The notes under the pieces: model-generated | Told to the model about the DNA's origin: nothing | What the model saw: the letters and a program-made list of their open reading frames with translations, nothing else | Databases searched by the model: none | Shown here: piece after piece, positions 44,927 to 53,731 of the stretch | Numbering within the stretch: position 1 is the stretch's first letter | Layout of the letters: each line of letters starts with the position of its first letter | Position numbers and translations under genes: made by a program | NCBI GenBank assembly: GCA_035703785.1 | Contig: DASSXN010000118.1 | Span: forward strand, 40,202 to 104,201 | From: Xanthobacteraceae bacterium | GTDB lineage: Bacteria; Pseudomonadota; Alphaproteobacteria; Rhizobiales; Xanthobacteraceae | Reading direction: 5' to 3' | DNA length: 64,000 nt

Positions 44927-46833
44927 TAGAGTGCCGGGAGCCGGACGATGAAGCGTGCGCCGAGCACGCGCGGTTCGTCGTCCGCGCCTGCGTGACCGGT
45001 GCGGTTCTCGACAGAGATCGAACCGCCGTGGGCCTCCACGATCTGTTTCGAGATCGACAGTCCGAGACCTGAGTTTTGGCCGAACCCCTGATGTGGCCGA
45101 TCGGTGTAGAACCGCTCGAAAATTTTCTCGCGCACCTCGGGCCGCACGCCGGGTCCGTCATCGTCGACTAAAATCTCGACGTCGTGGCGTGAGCGCCGGC
45201 AGGTGACGCGAACCGCCCCACCCGGTGGCGAGAACGAACGCGCGTTCTCGATCAGATTGTCGATGATCTGGCCCAGACGCGAGTCATGGCCGGGGACCTG
45301 GAAGCCGCGCCCGGAACCGCCTTCGAACCGCAAAGTGACCTCGACGCAATCCTCGCGCTTCACTTCGTTTGCTCCCGCGACCAGCGTGCTCAATAGCTTG
45401 GCGAAGTCGACCGGCGCCGCCTCCTGGCGCTGCAGCTCGGCATCGAGCCGGCTCGCGTCGGAAATATCCGAGATCAAACGGTCGAGCCGCTTGACGTCGT
45501 GTTGAATGATTGAGAGCAAGCGAGAGCGGCTTTCGTCGCTCTTGGCAAGCGGCAAAGTCTCGACCGCCGAACGCAACGAGGTCAGCGGGTTTTTTAGCTC
45601 ATGCGCCACGTCCGCCGCAAAGCTTTCGATGGCCTCGATCCGGCTGTAGAGCGCATTGGTCATGTCGCGCAACGTGCCCGACAGATGGCCGATCTCGTCA
45701 CGGCGGCGCGTAAAATCGGGAATCTCAATGCGCGAACGGATGCGGCGGCGCACCCGTTCTGCGGCGTCGGCGAGGCGCCGGACCGGTTCGGCAATGGTGC
45801 CCGCCAATAGGATTGACAGCACGACCATAACGGCCGCGGCGATCAGAAACACTTTGAGAATAGCAAGCCGCTCGGCCTCAACCATGTCGTCGATATCGGC
45901 GCCTTGGGTCGAGAGCATCAGCGCGCCGCGCACGGCGCGAAAGCGCTGGACCGGCACCGCGACCGAGACGATCACGTCACCGCGTTCGTTGATGCGCACC
46001 ATGCTGGCGTTTTGCCCGTCCAGCGCGCGCGCTACTTCAGTATAGCCTTTGCCGTCGTCGGGGCCGAGCTCGCGATACAGCGGAAGATCGCCGCGTCCGA
46101 GCCACATCCGCAGCGCGATGAAGGCGCGCTCGAAGACGCCGGGCTTTTCGGCACTTGGCGGCGGTAGATCGTAACGCAAGATATCGCCGCGGCCGAACAG
46201 GTTGCGGCTGTCCACGAGCAGCGCGCCGTCGCGATCATAGATGCGCGCGCGCGTCTTGGTCGGCGAAACCAGCCGCCGCAGGATCGGCCCGACGCGCTCG
46301 GGATTGATCGGAAAATCGAGACCGTACAGCGCGTCCTCGGTCGGACCGTAGCTTTCGCCCGGATGCAAATTGAGAAGCTTGTCGGGATCGAGCGTGATCG
46401 ACGAATCGGTTTCCACGGTCGCTGACGATGCGATCGCGCCGGCGATGATCTGGCCCTGCACCAACAGACTCTGGATGCGGGCGTCGATGAGGCCGGCGCG
46501 GAATTGTGACAGCACAATAATGCCGATCGAAAGCGCAACCAGACCGGTGAGGTTAAGAACGACAATACGGCGGGTGAGGCTCGACGAGCTCTGGGTGATA
46601 AAGAACTGCCAGCCGCGTGCTAGCCACGCGCCGATGCCGGCGCTGTGACGCGCCGCCGCTTCATCGAGGCCAGCGCTCTGGCCCTCGTTCTGGCTCTCGA
46701 CGGCAGCTTCCGTCGACGCTTCTGTGTCTGTGGTTCGATCGAGCACGTCGTCTGCCGGGGTTTCAATCGGCCTTCCGCTACCCCCACCTGCTGCCCGTCG
46801 CGGGGAAAGGCCAGCGGGGAGGCCGGACGCCAT
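44926..46833 (-). CDS. chvG: sensor histidine kinase ChvG/ExoS-type
   Basis: Two TM segments flank a large periplasmic domain. HAMP, H-box FAADVAHELKNPLTS, N-box IIDNLIENARSF and G-box GLGLSISKQIV. Confidence 0.9.
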   Translation of the reverse strand: MASGLPAGLSPRRAAGGGSGRPIETPADDVLDRTTDTEASTEAAVESQNEGQSAGLDEAAARHSAGIGAWLARGWQFFITQSSSSLTRRIVVLNLTGLVALSIGIIVLSQFRAGLIDARIQSLLVQGQIIAGAIASSATVETDSSITLDPDKLLNLHPGESYGPTEDALYGLDFPINPERVGPILRRLVSPTKTRARIYDRDGALLVDSRNLFGRGDILRYDLPPPSAEKPGVFERAFIALRMWLGRGDLPLYRELGPDDGKGYTEVARALDGQNASMVRINERGDVIVSVAVPVQRFRAVRGALMLSTQGADIDDMVEAERLAILKVFLIAAAVMVVLSILLAGTIAEPVRRLADAAERVRRRIRSRIEIPDFTRRRDEIGHLSGTLRDMTNALYSRIEAIESFAADVAHELKNPLTSLRSAVETLPLAKSDESRSRLLSIIQHDVKRLDRLISDISDASRLDAELQRQEAAPVDFAKLLSTLVAGANEVKREDCVEVTLRFEGGSGRGFQVPGHDSRLGQIIDNLIENARSFSPPGGAVRVTCRRSRHDVEILVDDDGPGVRPEVREKIFERFYTDRPHQGFGQNSGLGLSISKQIVEAHGGSISVENRTGHAGADDEPRVLGARFIVRLPAL

Positions 46834-47019
46834 TACTACCGCACGTCAGCCGCCCAGTCAGGAGCCCTATTTGCGTTTACGCTTAGCCGCGGCAAGGCCG
46901 ATATGACGCTGTTACGCGGCCGCGTTAGCCGCCCTGCGCGCCAGCTGCGGAGGCTCCAATATCCATCGCATATGACCGTTTCGAAACGCCCGACGGCGTT
47001 CCCGATCATGCGCTGGCGC

Positions 47020-47715
47020 CTATTCCTTAAAGCGATATCCGACACCGTACAGCGTTTCGATCATGTCGAACTCGTTGTCGCTGGCTTTGAACTTCTTGCG
47101 CAGCCGCTTGATGTGGCTGTCGATGGTGCGATCATCCACATAGACCTGATCGTCATAGGCCGCATCCATCAAGGCGTTGCGGCTTTTCACCACGCCGGGG
47201 CGGCTCGCCAAGGCTTGCAGGATCAGAAATTCGGTTACCGTGAGCGTCACCGGCTCGTTTTTCCAGGTGCAGGTGTGGCGCTCCGGATCCATGCGCAGCA
47301 GGCCACGCTCGAGCACCTTGCTGTCGGCCTCCTTCGGCATGCTGCCATCTTTGGGCGAGGAGCGGCGCAGCACCGCTTTGACGCGCTCGACCAGCAGGCG
47401 TTGCGAAAATGGTTTGCGGATAAAATCGTCCGCGCCCATTTTCAGCCCGAACAGTTCGTCGATCTCCTCGTCTTTCGACGTCAGAAAGATCACCGGCAGA
47501 TCCGATTTCTGGCGCAGCCGGCGCAACGTCTCCATGCCGTCCATACGCGGCATCTTGATATCGAGAATGGCGAGATCGGGCGGCGCGGTCTTAAAACCGT
47601 CGAGCGCCGACGCCCCATCGGTATAGGTGGTGATCCGATAGCCTTCGGCTTCGAGCGCGATTGAGACCGAGGTGAGGATATTGCGGTCGTCGTCGACGAG
47701 AGCGATTGTCGGCAT
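47020..47715 (-). CDS. chvI: OmpR-family response regulator ChvI-type
   Basis: [10 protein letters not shown]...[14 protein letters not shown] receiver domain plus winged-helix LYGVGYRF. Confidence 0.93.
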   Translation of the reverse strand: MPTIALVDDDRNILTSVSIALEAEGYRITTYTDGASALDGFKTAPPDLAILDIKMPRMDGMETLRRLRQKSDLPVIFLTSKDEEIDELFGLKMGADDFIRKPFSQRLLVERVKAVLRRSSPKDGSMPKEADSKVLERGLLRMDPERHTCTWKNEPVTLTVTEFLILQALASRPGVVKSRNALMDAAYDDQVYVDDRTIDSHIKRLRKKFKASDNEFDMIETLYGVGYRFKE

Positions 47716-47889
47716 GGCGGCCTTCTAACATGAGTCGGCCGCAGCATCTCCGCCCGGCCCCATAAGCCTTTGAATCCCCATGTGGGGGCGGAAGTGTGAC
47801 CAGACAAGGCAAAATCGGGGCAATTACCGTGGCGCACTCTACGCAGCAGACTTTAAAGGCCCCTAAATGGAACTCATGGGAACCGGGCG

Positions 47890-48750
47890 ATGACGCCCTC
47901 CGATAAGGCCCCAAGTACCTCACCTATGGCCGAATCCAGACGCCCCAAAGAAACAAACCGCTCGAATCCGGATCGGCCGCTGCCGGGCGCCATGCCGGAC
48001 CGGCTGCCGGAAACCGCTCCTGCGCCGGATTTCGATGCCAAATCGACGGCGAAAAAATTGCTGCGCTTGGTCCGCGCCGGTGCGCTCGCGACGATCGATC
48101 GCAACACCGGACATCCGTTTGGCTCGCTCGTTAATATCGCAACCGACAGCGATGGGTCGCCGCTAATTCTGATATCCCGACTTTCCAGCCATACCGCCAA
48201 TCTTGAAGCGGACAGCCGCGCATCGGTGCTGCTCGCCATCGCCGGCAAGGGCGATCCGCTCGTGCATCCGCGGCTAACCGTGCTCGGCCGATTCGCAAAA
48301 ATTGCGCGTGACGCGGCTGATGAAGCCCACTTGCGCCGGCGTTTTCTGGCGCGGCATCCAAAAGCCGAGCTCTATGCCGGCTTTGCTGATTTTGCGCTGT
48401 GGCGAATGACTGTTGAATCCGCGCATCTCAATGCCGGCTTCGCTCGCGCGGCCGATCTCACCGCGGCGGATGTCATGACCGATATTTCCGGCGCCCGCGA
48501 TCTGCTCGAAATCGAAGCGAGCGCGGTGGCCCACATGAATGACGATCACGCTGACGCGGTCGCGCTTTACGCAACAAAATTATTGGCTGCCACAGCGGGG
48601 CCGTGGCGGGTGACCGGCCTCGATCCAGACGGACTGGACCTTGCTTGCGGCGATGCCGTGCTGCGCTTGGAATTTTCACAGCGCGTCACTGCCATTGGAC
48701 GATTGCGCGAAGTTTTGGCCGATTTGGCGACGCAGGCGCGCGGTAGCTAA
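47890..48750 (+). CDS. pyridoxamine 5'-phosphate oxidase-related / HugZ-like protein with DUF2470-type C-terminus
   Basis: LLRLVRAGALATID..TGHPFGSLV......DGSPLILISRLSSHTANL, then a C-terminal MNDDHADAV motif. Confidence 0.78.
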   Translation: MTPSDKAPSTSPMAESRRPKETNRSNPDRPLPGAMPDRLPETAPAPDFDAKSTAKKLLRLVRAGALATIDRNTGHPFGSLVNIATDSDGSPLILISRLSSHTANLEADSRASVLLAIAGKGDPLVHPRLTVLGRFAKIARDAADEAHLRRRFLARHPKAELYAGFADFALWRMTVESAHLNAGFARAADLTAADVMTDISGARDLLEIEASAVAHMNDDHADAVALYATKLLAATAGPWRVTGLDPDGLDLACGDAVLRLEFSQRVTAIGRLREVLADLATQARGS

Positions 48751-49098
48751 CGGTTCGACGCAATATTCCGCCGATTAATCTCGCTGCACTGCAGCGTTGG
48801 AACGCGCCGGGGGCGAGCCGGTTGGCTTCCGGATGCACTGGTCTTGGCAACGGTCTTGGCAGCAGCGGGACGGCTGGATATAGGGTCGCAATGCCTGCCG
48901 CCGAGGCAAAGGTGAGGCAAAGATGAGTGAGGCGGGGGGCCGCTCGGGCAGCTCCGTAAGGGCCAAAAGCGGCCAAGAGGGGCCAAGAAAAGCAACGCGG
49001 CAAGCAACGCGACAAGGAACGGGACAGGAACGCCAATCCAAACGGCGAACCAACAGCCGGGAGGCAACCGCGATAAGCGGCGAAAGCGGAGGCTTAAG

Positions 49099-50712
49099 GT
49101 GGTGGAAACGGGTGTGAGGAACGGCGCGCACGGTGCCGACAAGTTCGGCTTCAAGAGTCTCGCCGGTGTTCATTGGAATTTGCCCGACACCGTTTTGGTG
49201 GAGCACGCGATCAGAAATGGCGAAGGCGCGCTGGTGCAGGGCGGCGCTTTCTGCGCCGAGACCGGCGTCCATACCGGCCGCAGTCCCAAGGACAAACACG
49301 TCGTTGTGGATGCGCTCACCGAGAACACGGTGTGGTGGGGTGGCAATCGCAAACTCAGTCAGGCCAATTTCCAGCTGCTCTATGACGACATGATCGCGCA
49401 TGCGCGCGGCAGGACCTTATACGCGCAAGACCTCTATGGCGGCGCCAATGCGAAATACCGGATAAAAACGCGCGTCTTCACCGAGCTTGCCTGGCATTCT
49501 TTGTTCATTCGCCAATTGCTGATCCGGCCCAATGTTTTCGAACTGGCCGACTTCGTGCCCGACCTGACCATCGTCGACTTGCCGAGCTTTAAGGCCGATC
49601 CCAAGCGCCACGGCGTGCGCAGCGACACGGTTATCGCCATCGACTTCACCAAGAAGTTCATCCTGATCGGCAACTCGTCCTACGCCGGCGAGATGAAAAA
49701 ATCGGTGTTCACCACGCTCAACTTCTACCTGCCGGCGCAAGGCGTGATGCCGATGCATTGCTCGGCCAATGTCGGCAGAGCCGGCGACGTGGCTTTGTTC
49801 TTCGGATTGTCTGGCACCGGCAAGACGACTTTGTCGGCCGATCCGAACCGCACGCTGATCGGCGACGACGAGCATGGCTGGAGTGAAGAGGGCGTCTTCA
49901 ATTTCGAGGGCGGTTGCTATGCCAAGTGCATCAACCTCTCGGAGGAAGCCGAGCCTGAAATCTACGCCGCGACCAACCGCTTCGGCGCGGTGCTCGAAAA
50001 TGTCATTTTCGATCCGGATACCCGGGTCTGCGATTTCGAAAGCGATAAGCGAACTGAAAATACCCGTTCCGCCTATCCGATCGAATTCATGCCGCTTGCC
50101 TCGCGCTCGGGCTGCGCCGGACAGCCGAAGAATATCATCTTTTTGACGGCCGACGCTTTCGGCGTAATGCCGCCGATCGCCAAGCTCACACCGGCGCAGG
50201 CGATGTATCACTTCCTCTCCGGTTACACCGCCAAGGTCGCCGGCACCGAGAAGGGCCTGGTGGGTGTCGAGCCGGAATTCTCGACCTGTTTCGCGGCGCC
50301 GTTCCTGCCGCGGCCGCCGGCCGAATACGGCAACCTGTTGCGCGACATGGTCAAGAAGCACGATGTCGATTGCTGGCTGGTGAATTCCGGCTGGACCGGC
50401 GGCATCTACGGCGTCGGCCGGCGCATGCCGATTAAAGCGACGCGCGCGCTCGTCACCGGCGCGCTCGATGGGTCATTGAAAAACGCGAGCTACCGCACCG
50501 ATCCTTATTTCGGCTTCGCGGTGCCGACATCGGTGCCCGGCGTCGAGCCGCATCTGCTCTATCCGATGAAGACCTGGAAGGACAAAGCCGCGTTCGACGC
50601 TACCGCGCGCAAACTCGTCGGCATGTTCCAGAACAACTTCACCAAATACGAGAAACACGTCGATGCCGAAGTGCGCGACGCCGCGCCGGAGGTGCGCCTG
50701 GCGGCGGAGTGA
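49099..50712 (+). CDS. pckA: phosphoenolpyruvate carboxykinase (ATP)
   Basis: [20 protein letters not shown] (kinase-1a) and IGDDEHGW motifs. GTG start with GGAGG 6 nt upstream. Confidence 0.96.
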   Translation: MVETGVRNGAHGADKFGFKSLAGVHWNLPDTVLVEHAIRNGEGALVQGGAFCAETGVHTGRSPKDKHVVVDALTENTVWWGGNRKLSQANFQLLYDDMIAHARGRTLYAQDLYGGANAKYRIKTRVFTELAWHSLFIRQLLIRPNVFELADFVPDLTIVDLPSFKADPKRHGVRSDTVIAIDFTKKFILIGNSSYAGEMKKSVFTTLNFYLPAQGVMPMHCSANVGRAGDVALFFGLSGTGKTTLSADPNRTLIGDDEHGWSEEGVFNFEGGCYAKCINLSEEAEPEIYAATNRFGAVLENVIFDPDTRVCDFESDKRTENTRSAYPIEFMPLASRSGCAGQPKNIIFLTADAFGVMPPIAKLTPAQAMYHFLSGYTAKVAGTEKGLVGVEPEFSTCFAAPFLPRPPAEYGNLLRDMVKKHDVDCWLVNSGWTGGIYGVGRRMPIKATRALVTGALDGSLKNASYRTDPYFGFAVPTSVPGVEPHLLYPMKTWKDKAAFDATARKLVGMFQNNFTKYEKHVDAEVRDAAPEVRLAAE

Positions 50713-50739
50713 GGATCAATTACCGCAACCATTTCGTTC

Positions 50740-50864
50740 ATGCCCGCGCATAGCCGTTCGAAGAACGGCGTCGCTTCGCTCGCCTACGTCGCGGGCATCC
50801 ACGTCTAAAAGGACCCAAAGTTGAAGTTAAAAACGTGGATGGCCGGAACAAGTCCGGCCATGAC
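50740..50864. repeat. REP-like hairpins downstream of pckA
   Basis: atgcccgcg...cgcgggcat with nested gccgttc/gaacggc, and gtggatggccggaacaagtccggccatgac. Confidence 0.7.
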
Positions 50865-50917
50865 GCGAACTCATCAGAGTGCTCTCCGAAGCCGCTTGAG
50901 CGGCGACGAGGGGCAGG

Positions 50918-51103
50918 TCAAGCCCACTCCTTCCAAGCCGCATAGCCGAGGCCGCCAGCGGCGCCCAAAAGACCGCCTGCGAGTCCGCCGACCGCGGCGC
51001 CGGCGACCGCGCATTCGGCAGCGGTTAGGAGCACGGTGCCCCAGCCAGCACCCCCTACGATTTCCAACTCAGCATCTGTAAGTTCTCGCAGCGTATCATT
51101 CAT
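50918..51103 (-). CDS. double-glycine-leader peptide, class II bacteriocin-like (61 aa)
   Basis: MNDTLRELTDAELEIVGG|AGWGTV...GGLAGGLLGAAGGLGYAAWKEWA. The ATG is preceded by GGAGAGGAAG. Leader ends in GG, and the core is Gly/Ala-rich with serial GxxxG. Confidence 0.65.
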   Translation of the reverse strand: MNDTLRELTDAELEIVGGAGWGTVLLTAAECAVAGAAVGGLAGGLLGAAGGLGYAAWKEWA

Positions 51104-51265
51104 AGCTTCCTCTCCGTCGCTGCCACCTTATTTCCGTCTTGCTTGTAATCTGAATGAAATTTTTTCATTTCAAACTGATTGGATCATCGCAGTTGACGCG
51201 TGGACGGGCATAACTACGATTTTGTCACTTACGATTCGATTGTCCGGATTACGGGGGCATTTTTC

Positions 51266-51454
51266 ATGACAGCCAGAATCCAGATTTCTGATGCGCCGCG
51301 CATTCTCACCGAGACAGAGATTGCGTGCGTTGGCGGCGCGACGCGCGGATCCATAATGCCTCCACTAAATCCACCTGCGAGCCAGCTTCCCTACAAGACG
51401 ATCGAGAGGTCTTGCAGCGTGGACGGCTGTTGGTACGTCATCGAGTTCTGGTGA
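51266..51454 (+). CDS. second double-glycine-leader peptide (62 aa), core unlike known classes
   Basis: MTARIQISDAPRILTETEIACVGG|ATRGSIMPPLNPPASQLPYKTIERSCSVDGCWYVIEFW. GGGGG lies 7 nt upstream of the ATG. The leader motif is shared with the divergent gene. Confidence 0.45.
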   Translation: MTARIQISDAPRILTETEIACVGGATRGSIMPPLNPPASQLPYKTIERSCSVDGCWYVIEFW

Positions 51455-51520
51455 ACAGCCTGGCGAAACATCGCGGTTAGCGCAGGCATTGCGACAGCCA
51501 CCGTTTCTTTCGGACCCACG

Positions 51521-52240
51521 CTAACCGACCTGCATCTCGCGGCCCGCCCGCCGCGCCCAATTCTCCCAGGCGCGGTTGAGCGTGTAATCGTTGAGCCGCG
51601 CCACGATCTGGTCGATTTCGCCGGGGCTTAAGAACTTGATCTCGCCCATCGCCATGGCCTGCATCTGCAGCTTGGCGCCGACTTCCAGATAGACCGAGAC
51701 AAACACAGCGTGGCGGACCGAGCGGCCGACCACGGTCGCGCCGTGGCCGCGCATCAGCGTGGTCGGCCGCGAACCAAGAAGCCGCGCCAAATCGCGGCCC
51801 ATCGCCATGTCGCTCACCAAGAGTGTCGTGTCGCCGAACTTATCGCGGCAATCCCAGACCGGCACTTCCTGGCCGATATGGGCGCACATGTGCAGAAACG
51901 GTTTCAGCTTTTTTGTGGTGGCGCCGAACGGAATGACGCTCGGCGAATGATTGTGCACGACCGCGTGCACCTCCGGCCGCGCCTCATAGATCGCACCGTG
52001 AATGAAGCGCTCCGTGTACGGCGCCGGCGCGCTCTTATCGATGGCCTCGCCGTCGAGCGTATATTCGACAATGTCGGCGCGCTCGATGCGCTCGGGCGCG
52101 CGCGCGCGCGACAACAGATAATGCTTGGGATTGTCCGGATGGCGCGCGCTGACGTGGCCGAACGAGTCGACGATACCCTCATTGGCCAGAATGCGGTTGG
52201 CGGTGACTAATTCCTCAACAACGAAATCAAGCCTGCTCAT
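51521..52240 (-). CDS. class II aldolase/adducin family protein
   Basis: DSFGHVSARHP, AVVHNHSP and LMRGHGATVVG motifs. ATG 52238-52240 with GGGAGGA SD. Confidence 0.9.
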   Translation of the reverse strand: MSRLDFVVEELVTANRILANEGIVDSFGHVSARHPDNPKHYLLSRARAPERIERADIVEYTLDGEAIDKSAPAPYTERFIHGAIYEARPEVHAVVHNHSPSVIPFGATTKKLKPFLHMCAHIGQEVPVWDCRDKFGDTTLLVSDMAMGRDLARLLGSRPTTLMRGHGATVVGRSVRHAVFVSVYLEVGAKLQMQAMAMGEIKFLSPGEIDQIVARLNDYTLNRAWENWARRAGREMQVG

Positions 52241-52304
52241 GCGGTTTCCTCCCGGGCGATACTTGTAGCGGCAGCACGCCGCGGGACTCAACGGCCGATC
52301 TGGG

Positions 52305-52629
52305 CTAGTGTCCCAATTCCGAAGTTCGTCAGCATTTGCGGCAAGTTCGTACGAACTTCGGAATCCATAAGGACACTAGTAAGGCTATTCCTGTGGTGCC
52401 GCTTTTGAACCCGAAGTTCGCGTCGGAGAGACCCGCAAACGCAAGCGAACTTCGGGTTCGCGGCACTAGTGTCCCAATTCCGAAGTTCGTCAGCATTTGC
52501 GGCAAGTTCGTACGAACTTCGGAATCGATAAGGACACTAGTAAGGCTATTCCTGTAGTGCCGCTTTTGAACCCGAAGTTCGCGTCGGAGAGATCCGCAAA
52601 CGCAAGCGAACTTCGGGTTCGCGGCACTA
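52305..52629. repeat. tandem duplication (2 x 161 bp) of a double-hairpin repeat element
   Basis: Units 52305-52465 and 52466-52626 differ at 3 positions by my reading. Each unit has two long hairpins, both built on the core CCGAAGTTCG / CGAACTTCGG. Confidence 0.95.
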
Positions 52630-52661
52630 CGGCATGCGCGATGCAATTTTGGAGGGTCTTG

Positions 52662-53639
52662 ATGTTGCGGCGCCCGGCCATCGCCGTGTCATTCGGGGTT
52701 GCGTTGCTGCTCGAAGCGGCGGCGGCTATAGCATACGCGGCTGATTATCCCGACCATCCAATTCGAGTGATCGTGTCGGTGCCCGCGGGCGGGGGCGTCG
52801 ATACCGTCACCCGGATCGTCACCGACAAAATGCGCCCCGCGCTCGGCCAGCCGCTCATCGTCGAAAATAAACCGGGGGTGAGCGGCAGCCTCGCCGCCGA
52901 AACGGTGTTCAAGGCCGAGCCGGACGGCTACACGCTGCTCGCCTCGCAGCCGGCGCCGATAACAACCGCCGCATTCCTCTATAAGTCGCTCAACTACACT
53001 CCCGCGGAGCTCATTCCGGTCGCGATCATGTCGCATGTGCCGAACGTCGTTCTAGTGCGCAAGGATTTTCCGGCCAAAACCGTGGCCGAGTTGATCGCTT
53101 ACGCCAAAGCCAATCCCAGCAAGATCAATTATGCCTCGCAGGGCATCGGCACCACCTCGCACACCACCGCCGAACTGTTTCAGTCCATCACCGGCACCAA
53201 GCTGACGCACGTGCCCTACAAAGGCACTGCGCCCGCGGTCAACGATCTGCTCGCCGGCAATGTCGACCTGATGTTCAACGAGCTTGCCACTTCGCTCGAA
53301 TTGCACAAATCGGGACGCGCACGGATTCTTGCCGTTACCGTCAAGGAGCGTGTGCCGTCGCTGTCGGATATTCCCACTTTGGAAGAGGTCGGAGTCCACG
53401 GCTGCATCTCCGATACCTGGCATGCGCTGACCGCGCCGCCGAAGACCCCGCCCGAGATCATCGGCAAACTCAACGCCGCCGCCAATGCGGCGATGCACGA
53501 TCCAGGCCTCCTGGAGCGCTTCACAGCTCTCAGCATCGGTCCCGGCGGCGGCACGCCGGCTGAGGCGAGCGCTTTCGTCAAGGAAGAGACGCAGCGCTGG
53601 GGCGACGTGATCCGCAAGGCCCGCATCGAGCCCGAGTAG
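52662..53639 (+). CDS. tripartite tricarboxylate transporter substrate-binding protein (Bug/TctC family)
   Basis: GGAGGG SD and a signal peptide ...AIAYA|ADYPDHPIRVIVSVPAGGGVD, which is typical of Bug proteins. Confidence 0.9.
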   Translation: MLRRPAIAVSFGVALLLEAAAAIAYAADYPDHPIRVIVSVPAGGGVDTVTRIVTDKMRPALGQPLIVENKPGVSGSLAAETVFKAEPDGYTLLASQPAPITTAAFLYKSLNYTPAELIPVAIMSHVPNVVLVRKDFPAKTVAELIAYAKANPSKINYASQGIGTTSHTTAELFQSITGTKLTHVPYKGTAPAVNDLLAGNVDLMFNELATSLELHKSGRARILAVTVKERVPSLSDIPTLEEVGVHGCISDTWHALTAPPKTPPEIIGKLNAAANAAMHDPGLLERFTALSIGPGGGTPAEASAFVKEETQRWGDVIRKARIEPE

Positions 53640-53731
53640 CCGGAGATCGGGATGTCGGAGATCAGAAGTCAGAGGCACGGTAATCTGATATAATTTCTCA
53701 TTCGAAATCTGACATCCGATCTCTGATAACC

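Noticed and set aside
48923-49117. 64-aa basic ORF across the pckA leader
   Set aside because: It is low complexity (R/K/Q/G/S), has no SD, and overlaps the pckA start. I interpret the region as a non-coding repeat or leader region.
52305-52629. CRISPR array
   Set aside because: There are only two contiguous 161-bp units with no unique spacers and no cas genes. This is a tandem duplication of a dispersed repeat.
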